From Heteronotia binoei (lineage: Eukaryota): DNA of 64,000 nt. The notes below the pieces were generated by a model. The model was given only the letters and a program-made list of their open reading frames with translations. It was not told the origin of the DNA and did no database searches. The DNA lies in assembly GCF_032191835.1 (NCBI RefSeq), contig NC_083228.1, forward strand, positions 24,056,001 through 24,120,000. Direction: 5' to 3'. Positions 50,330 to 61,805 of this stretch are shown piece by piece. How positions within the stretch are numbered: the stretch's first letter is position 1; each line of letters begins with the position of its first letter. Made by a program: the position numbers and the translations under genes.

Positions 50330-52620
50330 TGATAGGTCTCTCCACCATGAATCTGTTTTACTCCACTTTTAAAGCTATCTGTGCTCAAAGCAATCATTAC
50401 ATCCGCTGCTAATAAATCCCACAGTTTAATTTCTCATTGAGTGAAGTATCTCCTTTTGTCTGTCTTGTTTGTCTTAATCTATTGCCTATTAATTGTATTG
50501 GGTGCCTCTGTGTTCAAGTATTACTGGAGAGGGACAAAAAACTCTTTCCATGTGTTTCCTACTCTCCATGCATAGTTTTGTAAACCTCTTTTTTCTAAAC
50601 TGAAAAGTCCCAGACTCTTAAGGCTTTCCCCATGGGAAAGGTACTGCAGACTGTTAATCATCTTTGTTGCCCTCTTTTGTACTCCCCCCTCCTAGTTCTG
50701 CAATATCTTTTTTGAGATATGTCAACCAGTACTGTACACAGAGACCACACAATCGCTCCACAGAAAGGCGTTACAATATTGACCATTTTATTTTCGCCTT
50801 TTCCCCTAATGATCTCCAGTTTGGAGTTTGCTTTTTTGAATGCTGTTGCACATTCGCTGCTAACAGATGGCCAACTCAGGGCAGCATCAAGCTAACCCGG
50901 AAGTGAGCCAGCTGGAAAAGGAGTGCCAAGAAGTGTCCTGACAGCTTGTGGAAGACGGACAGGCTGCAGGTGCCCCGGGGAGCATGGAGAGCGCTCATGC
51001 TGTGGCTCCCTGGCTGCTTTCTGAGTGCTTCCTGGCTATCCAGATGGCCAGGGAGGCACCCCAGTGAAAAGGCACCACTTTAAAAGTGGTGCCTTTTAAA
51101 GCCGGCTCCTGGTAAATCGAGGAGGGCTCAGAAATGGGACAGGGATGGCAGGCAGATGTGCACATGTAGACACACTTTTGGGGGGTGCTCGCCTGCTGTC
51201 CCCAGAGTGGCTGTAACCAGCCATTGAGCTGACATTTTCATTGAGCCATCTACTACAGTTCCAAGGTCTCCTTCCCTTTCAGTCTCAGCAAATTCAGACT
51301 CGTTAGTGTTTTTCTTCTCATGTGCTTCATCAACACTGAACTTCATTTGTCACATGGTTGCCCACCTGTTTCTTTCATCTAATACCTTCCAACTGAAGTC
51401 TGTGGAGTCCCAGTTATTTAATTCCTCAAAATTACTGTAAATGAATCATTAATACAAATAAGTCCTTATTCCTATAACCTGGAGAAAGCCAGATTTTCCT
51501 AACATTCAATTAAAAATTAATTGGAACCCCAATGGAACTCCAAAGATAAAAGCAAATAGGAAGAAGCTGCTTAAGGTCATATATTTCCGCTAAATAAGAC
51601 TTCCATCACCAGACTTGATATCTCTCTCTATTCATGGAGAAAAGTATATCGCTCAGAACAAAAATTAAAAGGAACCAGATTTTAAAGTATTTGCAATGGT
51701 TGCCATCTTGCCAATCTTGTGCTACCTTAAGTCTCTGCCCACTCACCCAGTTTACAGAGATCCTCTTATTAACTCTTCACAATCTCCCTTGGGTTTTACT
51801 ATCCTGGATAATTTGGTATTGTCCACAAACCTGGCCACTATTCTGGTCACCCCCAATTCCAAATAATTTATGAATAGCACCCACCCCAATACCAATCTTT
51901 GTGGGACCTAACTGATCATTTCCCTTCATTATGAGAGCTGTCCATTATTCCTGCTCTCTACTTTCTGAGTAACCAATTTTTAATCCATAATAGGATTAAA
52001 TAATAATAATGTCTTTCTCCTTTGACTGCTTAGTTATTCAGGAGTCTTTGGTGACATTATCTTGTCAAAAGCCTTTTGGAAGTTCAAGTATATGATGTCT
52101 ACAAGATTGCCCTTATTGACATGTTTGTAAACCTGCTTAAAGAACTCGATTTTTTTTTTTTGTAAGGCAGGTCTTTCCTTCACAGAAGCCATGCTGATTT
52201 TCCTCTAGTAGACTTTTTTGCTTCATCTGCTTAATAATTCTGTCTTCAATAACAATTTTACTGATTTAACTGGACCAGATGTTGGACTAACTGGCCTGTA
52301 ATTCCCAGGATCTCCTCTTTTTAAAAGTTGTTGTGAGATTTGCCACTTTCCAGTTTTCTGGAATGGCGGCCAATTTTAATGATAATTTATATACACTGAT
52401 CAACAGTTTCAAATGTGAGTTCCTTATAAAACCTCAGGTGTATGCCATCTGGACCTGGAGCCTTATTTGCCTACTAATTCTAAGATTTCATTTCTCAATA
52501 CCTCAATTTGACTCAGTTCCTCAGACATCCTTTTCCGAACTGTAGCTTTGAAATAGGTACGTGCTCCTTTTTTTCCTCAGTGAAAACAGATGCAAAGAAT
52601 TCTTTTAGTTTCTTTGCCAT
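50330..52620 (-). mobile_element. old degraded CR1 RT/3' region, interrupted by other repeats
   Basis: EREGDLGTVVDGSMKMSAQ and reverse-strand RT motifs similar to 34100-34900. It may continue at about 53290-53560. Confidence 0.65.
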
Positions 52621-52666
52621 TTCCCAACTTCTTACTCAGAGGCCAGCCAGATTATACATCAGCCCC

Positions 52667-52748
<82 letters not shown>
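52667..52748. repeat. (AAT)n microsatellite, about 27 units, at a SINE/LINE tail remnant
   Basis: The pure run is followed by TTTATTTATATCCCGCCCTCCC. Confidence 0.95.
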
Positions 52749-53584
52749 TTTTTATTTATATCCCGCCCTCCCTGCCAAAGCAGGCTTATCTGTTGAATAT
52801 AACCTATGCGAGACATAGATGGGCTTTCTCAAGGGCACGCCTTGAAGTTTTTCCATCTGCAGTATTAGTTGATAGGTTCTCCCATCTACCAATGCAGAAA
52901 CAATGTTGTCTTTGCTCAGAAAAAGTAGTTAAAATAGTCTTTCCTATCCTCCTGCACTGTGAACTTTATCAAGAGGAAAGATTGTTACTAATTACCCCAC
53001 TTTTATTTTAATTCAACCCCCTGAAGTTTTGTATACATTTTAGAATTGAGGTACTTCAGAAATTTTTGTTGGAAGATACACAGAGCTCAATAACTCAGTT
53101 GGTAGCAAAATTTTGTTACATTGTAATTTGTAAGGAAATATTTGGGACAACCTTGATTTCATTGACAGTTTGTACATTTATGAGTTGTCTTGTCTTTCTT
53201 TATTGCTTCAGCCATAATAAATATTGATTGATTGATCGATTGATTGATTATTCAAAGGCCAAACCATCTCCCTGGTCCTTTTCCTGCTCCTGGTATATTT
53301 TTTTTTAATGCTTTTGGTTTCTAGTAATGTTAGCAATCCACTCCTCAAATGTTCTTTTTCTTTGCCTCACTGTCAGCGTCCATTTGTTTTGCCAGAACCT
53401 GTGCACTTTTCCATTAACCTCATTCAGGAAAGCCTTCTACTTATTAAAGGAAGCCTTCTTTGCTTTTATGGTTCCTTGAGTTGGGTTAGTAATCATGCAG
53501 GCATCCTTGTAGACTTGGGAGTACCATTCCATACTTGAGGTATACATTCTACCTGAGCCCTCAGTTAGTGTGGCTTTAAATTCA

Positions 53585-53850
53585 AGCTTTAAGAGGAGAT
53601 TGGATAAGCATATGGAGCAGAGGTCCATCAGTGGCTATTAGTCACAGCGTATTGTTGGAACTCTCTGTCTGGGGCAGTGATACTCTGTATTCTTGGTGCT
53701 TGGGGGGCATAGAGGGAGGGCTTCTAGTGTCTTGGCCCCACTGGTGGACCTCCTGATGGCCCCTAGTTTTTGGGCCACTGTGTGACACAGAGTGTTGGAC
53801 TGGATGGGCCATTGACCTGATCCAACATGATTTCTCTTGTTCTTATGTTC
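53585..53850 (+). mobile_element. CR1 3' end (long-3'UTR variant)
   Basis: GAGCAGAGGTCCATCAGTGGCTATTAG...CAACATGATTTCTCTTGTTCTTATGTTCTTA. Confidence 0.85.
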
Positions 53851-54789
53851 TTAAAAAAATTTCCATTCACAGTGGAGGTATTTGATTCTCTTAATTCTCC
53901 CTTTTTAATGTCTTTTTGACTAGTCCCTGCATTTTTGCAAAATCCCCTTTTCTTTAAATCAAAACCGGTTGTTTTGGACTTGCACATCATCTGTGCTTGT
54001 TTAGAGAGGCTTTGACCTTTGCTCCCTTTCTGCCTCTCTTACTAAACTCCCACCTTTAACTTGGTCCATCAGCACTTCCTTTTCAATGCTCTGATCATTC
54101 ACTTCACAAGCTGCTGCCTGATATCTTTGAGCTACTCCTGTATATGGCTGCTGGCTGAGTCTGAGGGGCACTGGACAGCTGGAGAGGTAGGCTGAGATGA
54201 AAGAATCTCCTCTGCAGAATGACTCCCTAGGTGAAGGCTGCTTTATGCTGCTCCACTTGGCAGTGACCGCCGCTTAAAAGAGCTGTGTGTTTGCAGGAGC
54301 CCCACCAGCATAGCTCCCTATCATTTGCAAGGAAACAGTTTACATGGATAGATATAAAATCATCCAACCTGCACAGTGAGCTATTACACGCAATTTCCCC
54401 ATATGATAGCCAGCACATAAATGATTTAAAACAGCCTGTGGTGGCAATGACATGTGCACTAGGTATGAGATAACACTTTGTTCATACCGAGGCTACAGTC
54501 TAATGACTGTGGAGAGTAGCTCGGCACCAGTGACTTTTTTCCTACTACAACAAAGAGAATCATCAGCATGCCCTATGGATATCCTTGCAGAATTTTTCCT
54601 TCATATAAAAAGCCAGAAAGGCACTGAGTAGACTACCTGAAATACCAACAGAGATGTACATTTGTTTATAACTGAATTTTAAAAAGAAAAGCGCGGTCTC
54701 ATTAATTGGTGGTGTTTAAATGTAGAAAGTGAATGGATGTATGCATTAATTTCTCTGAAGCCTGGCAGGTATAGGAGGAGAGGGAGAAG

Positions 54790-55290
54790 GGGGAGGAGTT
54801 GGCTTTATACCCCGCTCTTCACTACCCCAAAGAGTCTCAGAGCAGCTTACAATCACATTATCATCATCATCATCATCATTATTATTTATTGCATTTGATT
54901 AATTGCCCTATCCTGGCTAGTGCCAGGCTCAGGGCGATGTACAACAGTAAAAACACACACATATAAAATCAATTGCATTAAAATTTACAGACCCTGATGG
55001 CGTCTTTAAAGTGCTCTTAGTTATTACATCACACCAGGGGTGGGGGGATCCCCCCAAAAGGGGGTGGAGAAAATAAGGTGCCAGCACGGCAACCATTGCT
55101 GTCCTTATACAAAGGCCTTTCCTCTCCCCACATTAGACATTCTGTAAGGTAGGTGAGGCTGAGAGAGCTCTGAGTGAACTGTGACTGACTTAAGGTCACC
55201 CAGCTGGCTGCATGAGTAGAAATGGGGAATCAAGCCCAGTTCTCCAGATTAGACTCTATTGCTCTTAGCTACTACACCACAACTGGTTCC
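54790..55290 (-). mobile_element. Squam3-like SINE interrupted by an L2-like 3' tail
   Basis: SINE halves at 54790-54856 and about 55115-55290 flank an insert with an (ATC/ATT)n tail. Confidence 0.55.
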
Positions 55291-55404
55291 CCCAGAGTGT
55301 CCAGATTCAAAGGAAGAGTGATGGAGGCATGAAACTTAAAATGGAAGATTTCCAGTCATCAGAAACAAATAGCTGTTGCAATAAAAGATAATTGTTACTA
55401 GTGA

Positions 55405-56100
55405 TAAGAACATAAGAGAAGCCATGTTGGATCAGGCCAATGACCGATCCAGTCCAACAGAGTGTCACACAGTGGCCAAAAACCCAGGTGCCATCAGAGG
55501 CCCATCAGTGCGGCAAGGACACTAGAAGCCCTCCCACTGTTCCCACTCCCCAAGCACCAAGAATATAGAACATCACTGCCCCAGACAGAGAGTTCCATCA
55601 ATATGCTGTGGTTATTAGCCACTGATGGGCCTCTGCTCCATATGTTTATTCAATCCCCTCTTGAAGCTGTCTATGCTTGTAGCTGCCACCACCTCCTGTG
55701 GCAGTGAATTTGATGTGTTAATCACCCTTTGGATGAAGAAGTTCCTTTTATCCATTCTAACCCGATTGCTCAGCAATTTCATTGAGTGTCCACGAGTTCT
55801 TCTATTGTGAGAAAGGGAGAAAAGTACTTCTTTCTCTACCTTCTCTGTCCCATGCATAATCTTGTAAACCTCTGTCATGTCACCCTTCAGTCAACGCTTC
55901 ACCAAGCTAAAGAACCCCAAGCATTTTAACCTTTCTTCAAGGGGAAAGTGTACCAGCCCTTTAATCATTCTAGTTGCCCTTTTCTGGACTTTTTCCAGTG
56001 CTATAATATCTTTTTTGAGGTGTGGTGACCAGAATTGTATACAATATTCCAAATGAGGCTGCACCATCGATTTATATAGGGGCATTATGATACTGCCTGA
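55405..56100 (-). mobile_element. CR1 3' fragment
   Basis: MPLYKSMVQPHLEYCIQFWSPHLKKDIIALEKVQKRATRMIKG and a TAAGAACATAAG tail. Confidence 0.9.
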
Positions 56101-56102
56101 TT

Positions 56103-57650
56103 TGCCCTCAAAGTCAGAATGAAGAGTTGGACACAGTGCATTGGTATAAATAATGGGACACTTTATTAATCATCATAATAAAATGGCAAGGGCACCCAAA
56201 CTGCGGTCTGGTCAGGGCTAGGGGTCTCAACTTATGGACGGTCAACCGGTTTGCGCCCCAGAAAACCTAGATCGGGCATTACAGGCCGTGGCTGAGTGGC
56301 TCAGACTGAGTGGACAGACTGAATCCTGCGAAGACAGAGGTCCTTTGTTTGGGCCGTCGTGGACCGGGGGGGGGGGGGAAATCCCCCTGCCGGTTTTTGA
56401 CGGTGCGCCGCTGACGGCGGCGGACAGGGTCAAAAGCCTGGGGGTGCTACTGGAGCCATCCCTAAAGATGGAGGCTCAGATAGCAACCACTGCCAAGTCT
56501 GCGTTTTTTCATCTTAGACGGGCAAGGCAGTTGGCCCGCTTCCTGGACCGCGACGACCTAGCAACAGTGATCCACGCTACGGTCACCTCGAGGTTGGATT
56601 ACTGCAATGCCCTCTACATGGGGCTGCCCCTGTGCCGGACCCGGAAATTGCAGCTGGTGCAGAATGCCGCGGCCCGACTGTTATTGGGCCTCCCAAGGTG
56701 GGGGCACATTCGGCCGGGTCTTCGGGCTCTGCACTGGCTTCCAATAATATACCAAGTCCGGTACAAGGTGCTGGTCATTACCTTTAAAGCCCTATATGGC
56801 CTGGGACCTGCCTACCTGAAGGACCGTCTCTCCCCACATGTTCCCCAGAGAGTACTAAGGTCTGGGATGCAAAACCTTCTCACCATCCCCGGGCCCAAAG
56901 AAGTCCGTCTCAAGACAACCAGAGACAGGGCCTTTTCTACAATGGCCCCCACATGGTGGAACCAGCTGCCGGAAGAGGTGAGGGCCCTGCGGGATCTTAC
57001 TCAGTTCCGCAGGGCCTGTAAGACAAGCCTCTTCCGGTTAGCCTACGCCTGACTAGATAAATGTAGCTTATCAGACTTCAGTGAAATATACTGTATAGTT
57101 TTAACGTTAAGATTTTAAGGTTTTTAGGTTTTTAAACGCTTCGACTTTTTAAAATGTAATAACTTTGCACTCTGTTTATTGTTTTATCGTTTATTGTGAG
57201 CCGCCCTGAGCCATTTTATGGGAAGGGCGGGATATAAGTCATAGAATAAATAAATAAATAAATAAACAGACTGCTCCCCTGCCATTCGCGGGCGAGAGAC
57301 CCAGCCCCCAGCCGGAGCTGTGTGACACAGCTCCCGCCGGGCCAGCCCAGCTGGAAGGCATGCCCCAGAGGGCCCAACCACCAGATGCACGTCTCAATGG
57401 AAAGCACCCTCTAGTCGAGCCTCTGGGACAGTCTGCATTCTCCCCACCCCGGGTCATCAAACCCCAAGGTTGACCATGCCAGACCCCAAATTCCACAAAA
57501 GGGGGATGCTTCATGGTCCTCCCCTAGCTGCATAGTACCCTAATCCAGAAAAACCTGCCACTACTAAGGCCAAGTCTCTACTTAGGGCTTAGCACCCATC
57601 ACTACCCGCAGCCCTTGCCGGAGATCCCTCAAGAAAAGCAATATAAGACC
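56103..57650 (-). mobile_element. possible LTR-like element split by an L2 insertion
   Basis: TG...CA-bounded non-LINE sequence (56103-56231 and 57267-57650) with AATAAA on the - strand. No TSD was seen. Confidence 0.35.
56232..57266 (+). mobile_element. young 5'-truncated L2-clade LINE
   Basis: A 272-aa open frame (TSRLDYCNALYMGLP..LQLVQNAAARLL..LHWLP..APTWWNQLP), CpG-rich sequence and an (AAAT)n tail. Confidence 0.9.
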
Positions 57651-58122
57651 ACTTCATGTATTTATATTCTTTCTGGGACTTTTCTGTAACTTATGCATGA
57701 GTTTTTCAGCATTCTCTTCCCTGTAGTGTTAGTTAACTAAACTCTATTTCTCTGTTGCTGTGATTGCAATGAATCAGTTTGTGCTGTATGTAATTTCACT
57801 GCATACAATTTGAATTCGCACATTTGTCTTTGTGTGTTACTAGTTGTCTCTGTGTCTGTATTTTTTGAGATATGCTTTTGGATTTCTTTGCAGTTGCCTA
57901 CAACTTTTGCCTGTCTGTCACTTGTGTGTTATGCATTTCTTGAAGTGATATTTCTGCCAAGTACTGACAAGTTATTTCCCCCAGACTCTGGGATTTAGTG
58001 TAGCACCATGAGCTACAGATGGTGAATTGTGCCTACTTCAGTTGCAGGAGCCAGGCCTAACATGGCAGAGAGTTGTCCCCTCAGCTCAGGGGAGGATCAG
58101 TGAATGAGGAGTAGTCTTGCTG

Positions 58123-58385
58123 GCATCATAAAAACACAAGACGCGGCCTGCTGAATCAGACCAGTGGTCCATCTAGTCCAGCATCCTGTCTAACACAGTG
58201 TCCAACCAGTTCTTCTGGAGGACCAACAACAGGCCATAAGAGGTGAGACCCTTCCTTGATGTTACCTCCTGGCACTGGGATCCAGAGGCTGACTGCTTCT
58301 GAATGTGGAGGTTCCCTTTAGCTACCATGACTAGTAGCCACTAACAGACCTATGCTCCATCAATCTACCTAATCCATTTTTAAAT
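58123..58385 (-). mobile_element. older CR1 3' end
   Basis: CTGCTGAATCAGACCAGTGGTCCATCTAGTCCAGCATCCTG motif. Confidence 0.7.
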
Positions 58386-58442
58386 CCCCATAAATCCACA
58401 TTTTAATCACTCACATCAGCCACCTTTCTCCAGTTGAGTGTA

Positions 58443-58623
58443 CCGTATTTTTCGCTCCATAAGACGCACCTGAACATAAGACGCACCTAGTTTTTAGAGC
58501 CGTTTGTGTGAATTTAGAGGCATTTGTGTGAATTTTTTGCAGTATTCGCTCCTTAAGACGCACACACTTTTCCCTCCACTTTTTTGGGGGGGAAAAGTGA
58601 GTCTTATGGTGCAAAAAATACTG
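58443..58623. mobile_element. Tc1/mariner (pogo/Tigger-like) MITE
   Basis: TIRs CCGTATTTTTCGCTCCATAAGAC / GTCTTATGGTGCAAAAAATACTG with a TA TSD. Confidence 0.8.
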
Positions 58624-58947
58624 TATATCCTTTTATATCAAAATGGAGAAAATAAACAAATCAGCCCTGCAGCAGTGCAGAAGCCCCCAGTCTGCATCTG
58701 TCCTCTGCACAAATGCTCACTCCGTATAACTCCCTGCCTTCTTGAGACATCTTCTTCTGCCCACTATGGAATGCTACCTATCTTTCGGGGGGGGGGGTAC
58801 CCAATGCCTCCCCTCACTCACTGTGTAGCTGTGCTTGCCTTCATGATGTTGCCAGACACCATTCTGTGCTCATTCTGTAGTTATTCATGCTTTGTGAGTG
58901 CTCGTATTCTCTCTCTGCTTCCTCTGGCACAGGAGAGTTTTCATTTT

Positions 58948-60557
58948 TTTTTTTACTTCCTCAAATTTTATTATAGACTCATTACAATTACTACCTGTTA
59001 TAACAGGTAGGTGTACCATAATAACAAATCAAAAACAAGGCAACTTAAAAATATCTCATATGTTACCATTCCATACCACTTAAAATATATATATGTCTAT
59101 TTATATTTTCTATTTTTTTATAGCAGAGAAATAATTAAGCTTAACAATGCTGCTTTCCCTAACAGTTTTTTAAAACTTAATACCACAAGCATTCAATATA
59201 ACTTCTTATTTTCCTTCTTCTTCTATATCTTGATTATTCCTTCTACTCTCAAAAAAAAAATCCATAAAGAATACATTCTAACTATATATCTCAGTCCCTG
59301 GAGAACTTAAAATTAAGGTCAAGAAGAAAAAAAACCCCCTCTTCTTTCTTCACCTGGACTGAATTAAACAAGGAGGGATGTTACCCAGGTGCTCTCACCA
59401 GCTGACCCCACCCAGCCTTAAATTCTGAAAGAAAAAACAATAACTATAAATTATAAGGTTCTTCAGCTTTTCCCTTTTCTTGTTGCTTCAGTGTCTTTTA
59501 AATAGAGTCCATATTTTCTTCCAGATTGACATGAACTTCCTCAGTACACACACGGGTTGTCCTTGGAGGAACGAGTGGAGAGCATTCCTTTCTCTTATTA
59601 ACTCTTGATGTAGGAGAGGAAGGAATTAATTTAGAGAGTAGTATCTCACCCGAGGCTGCGTCATAAGCTGTAAACGAAGTGGATCCTTTTTGGACACATA
59701 GTTTGCCTGATTGTAGCCATTTATATTTAATTTTTAAGTCCCGCAATTTGGCAGTTGTGTCCTTAAGGTCTCTTCTGATTCTTAAAAATTCAGGAGGAAG
59801 ATCCAGAAAGACCTGAATATTTAACCCCTGGTAGTCCAAGCCTCCTCTATCCCTAGCCTCTGCAAAGACTCTTTGCCTCATTCTATAATCCTTGAACTGC
59901 ACCACAATATCTCTGGTATAAGATGAATTGTCTTCACATACCTTGCCAACACGATATGCTTTCTGAATGAGTGGGAGAATTTCGACTTCCAGGTGGGTTA
60001 CTTCAGCAAGCCAATTTGCCATGAATATATATAAGTCCATTTCAGCTTCCACATCCGATTTAAAACCTCTAAATTTTAAGCACAGCTCCAGGCTACGAAA
60101 GTCCATTGTTAAAACTCGTTCCCTCGTCCATGCATCTGAAGTCATCTCTTGAGCTTTTTTTAACGCTTCTTGTGCGGTCTGGGTTGCCTGTTTACAAGAA
60201 TTCTCTAATTCATCCAGACACTGACACATTGGTTGAAGCATAGAAGTTACGTCATCTCGTATTTCTTGTCTTAATTTAGACATAGCTTGAGACAATAAAT
60301 TCACAGTGAGAGGGCTATCTTCAGTTTCTGGTTCCTCATCTCTCCCCAACCTTGCGTGGGAGGTGGACGGCTGTTCCAAGAAATTAGTTAAAGGCTGAAA
60401 GCTTTTTTCCTTCTGCTTGGTTTCCCCCCCCCCCCCTTTCGGAGGCATCTTTCAAAAGTTCAAAAAATATAGTTAAAGGGGTGAAAAAAAATATAACGTT
60501 GGAGACAGTTGGGAGAGCGTTAGGCAAAAGCTCCTGACCGGATATTGGTCAGAGCCT
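58948..60557 (-). mobile_element. L1 ORF1-only (half-L1/HAL1-like) retroposon
   Basis: About 110-bp 5' UTR, an intact ORF1, and a 3' UTR of about 550 bp with no ORF2. AATAAA at 58967-58972, A tail, and a 13-bp TSD GAGTTTTCATTTT (58935-58947 / 60558-60570) at a TT/AAAA site. Confidence 0.85.
59498..60448 (-). CDS. L1-type ORF1p (coiled coil + RRM + CTD), 316 aa, uninterrupted
   Basis: MPPK start, heptad-rich segment, LKFRGF..IQKAYRVG..RDIVVQFKDYRMRQRVF (RRM-like) and IQVFLDLPPEFLRIRRDL..IKYKWL (CTD-like). Confidence 0.85.
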   Translation of the reverse strand: MPPKGGGGETKQKEKSFQPLTNFLEQPSTSHARLGRDEEPETEDSPLTVNLLSQAMSKLRQEIRDDVTSMLQPMCQCLDELENSCKQATQTAQEALKKAQEMTSDAWTRERVLTMDFRSLELCLKFRGFKSDVEAEMDLYIFMANWLAEVTHLEVEILPLIQKAYRVGKVCEDNSSYTRDIVVQFKDYRMRQRVFAEARDRGGLDYQGLNIQVFLDLPPEFLRIRRDLKDTTAKLRDLKIKYKWLQSGKLCVQKGSTSFTAYDAASGEILLSKLIPSSPTSRVNKRKECSPLVPPRTTRVCTEEVHVNLEENMDSI

Positions 60558-61649
60558 GAGTTTTCATTTTAACTGCTGGTTTAACTGGAACTTTTTCTTT
60601 TGTCACTCTAAATTTTACTGGGGATGATTTCTTGAGTGAGGAGCACAGCTCCTGAGCATTTCTTTCTCACTAGAGAGAAAGGAAGTTTCAGCCTAGCTGT
60701 GTGGGTTTCCCATTTAACTGTATTCCCCACTGTAGTCAGTGGAAAGAAATCAATAAAAAATGAAAGTAATAAAATGAATTAATGTAAAATGTAAAATGAA
60801 AATTTTGAAATGAAGAAAGTCCACATCCCAAGTGGTATTTATGTTTCTCTGTTAATTAGTTGAATCACTTAATTAACATTTACAAACAACAAAAATACAG
60901 TTTAAAATGATGACATAACCAATGAAAAATCTGAGTTGCTTTGCTTGAAGTGGAATAGTTCCTACTGAGAAATGCCTAATGAATATATTGAATTATCTCA
61001 TGTCGCTATCTAATTATGCATTCCTTTTAACATTTTCTTGGAACAACTAATAAATCTTACTTAACAGAGTAACCCAAAATATAAATTAGCCATTGCTTTG
61101 TAGATAATTAATAAAAGGTTGATAAGTCATTAATTGATTTGGCAAGTCCTGATCCTATTGTGAAAGAAACATAAAGCTAATCAGGGCTGAGCTGAATGTT
61201 TTGAGACTGACATGTTCTGCTGCAATGGAGGCTTGGGATGGGATTATTCACAAAAATATGCCCCTCAGTCTTCTTGTTTACCCTCCACCAGCTTCTTGCA
61301 GACCAGACCGTGATGATGAATGGGCTATCCATTGCAGCTCCACCCCAGATGCATGACCCAACACAGGAGGGCAGAAAGCATTGCCCTAACTCTTTGTGAT
61401 TTGGCCTTAGTATTTCACCTTGTGGCCAAATCTGATTGGCTAAGGGTAGGTGAAACCAGAGTAAGGGCAATGCTTCTTCCCCCCTTCTGGCATTGTGTTG
61501 CCCAGCCAAAGTGAAAAACAGCACTGAACCAGAGCACAATCCCCACCAGGGATGATTTAGAATACTCAAAACAGGTGTTCAGAAACTGAATGCACCTCTG
61601 GCTGTTGTAGATTTTCTGGGCTGTGTGGCCGTGGTCTTGGCATTGTGAG

Positions 61650-61692
61650 AACTGACGTTTCACCAGCAACTGTGACTGGCATCCTCAGAGGT
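61650..61692 (-). ncRNA. second, slightly decayed hammerhead motif on the opposite strand
   Basis: ACCT-CTGAGGA-T-GCCAG-TCACAGTTG-CTGGT-GAAAC-GTC-AGTT, with a G-U closing pair and one stem I mismatch. Confidence 0.55.
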
Positions 61693-61762
61693 GTAATCCA
61701 GAAAGCTGGAGGTTTTGGGGGGGCTTTTTTGACCCAGAGAGAACTCCAGTTTTCTGGGTTAC

Positions 61763-61805
61763 ACCTCTGAGGATGCCAGTCAAAGTTGCTGGCGAAACGT
61801 CAGGT
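61763..61805 (+). ncRNA. minimal type I hammerhead ribozyme motif (PLE-type)
   Basis: ACCT-CTGAGGA-T-GCCAG-loop-CTGGC-GAAAC-GTC-AGGT: stem I 4 bp, stem II 5 bp and a palindromic ACGT helix III. Confidence 0.7.

Noticed and set aside
52590-52796. poly-Asn ORF
   Set aside because: Translation of the (AAT)n microsatellite.
58504-59010. 168-aa + strand ORF
   Set aside because: Runs through a Tc1 MITE and the half-L1 tail; composite and not protein-like.
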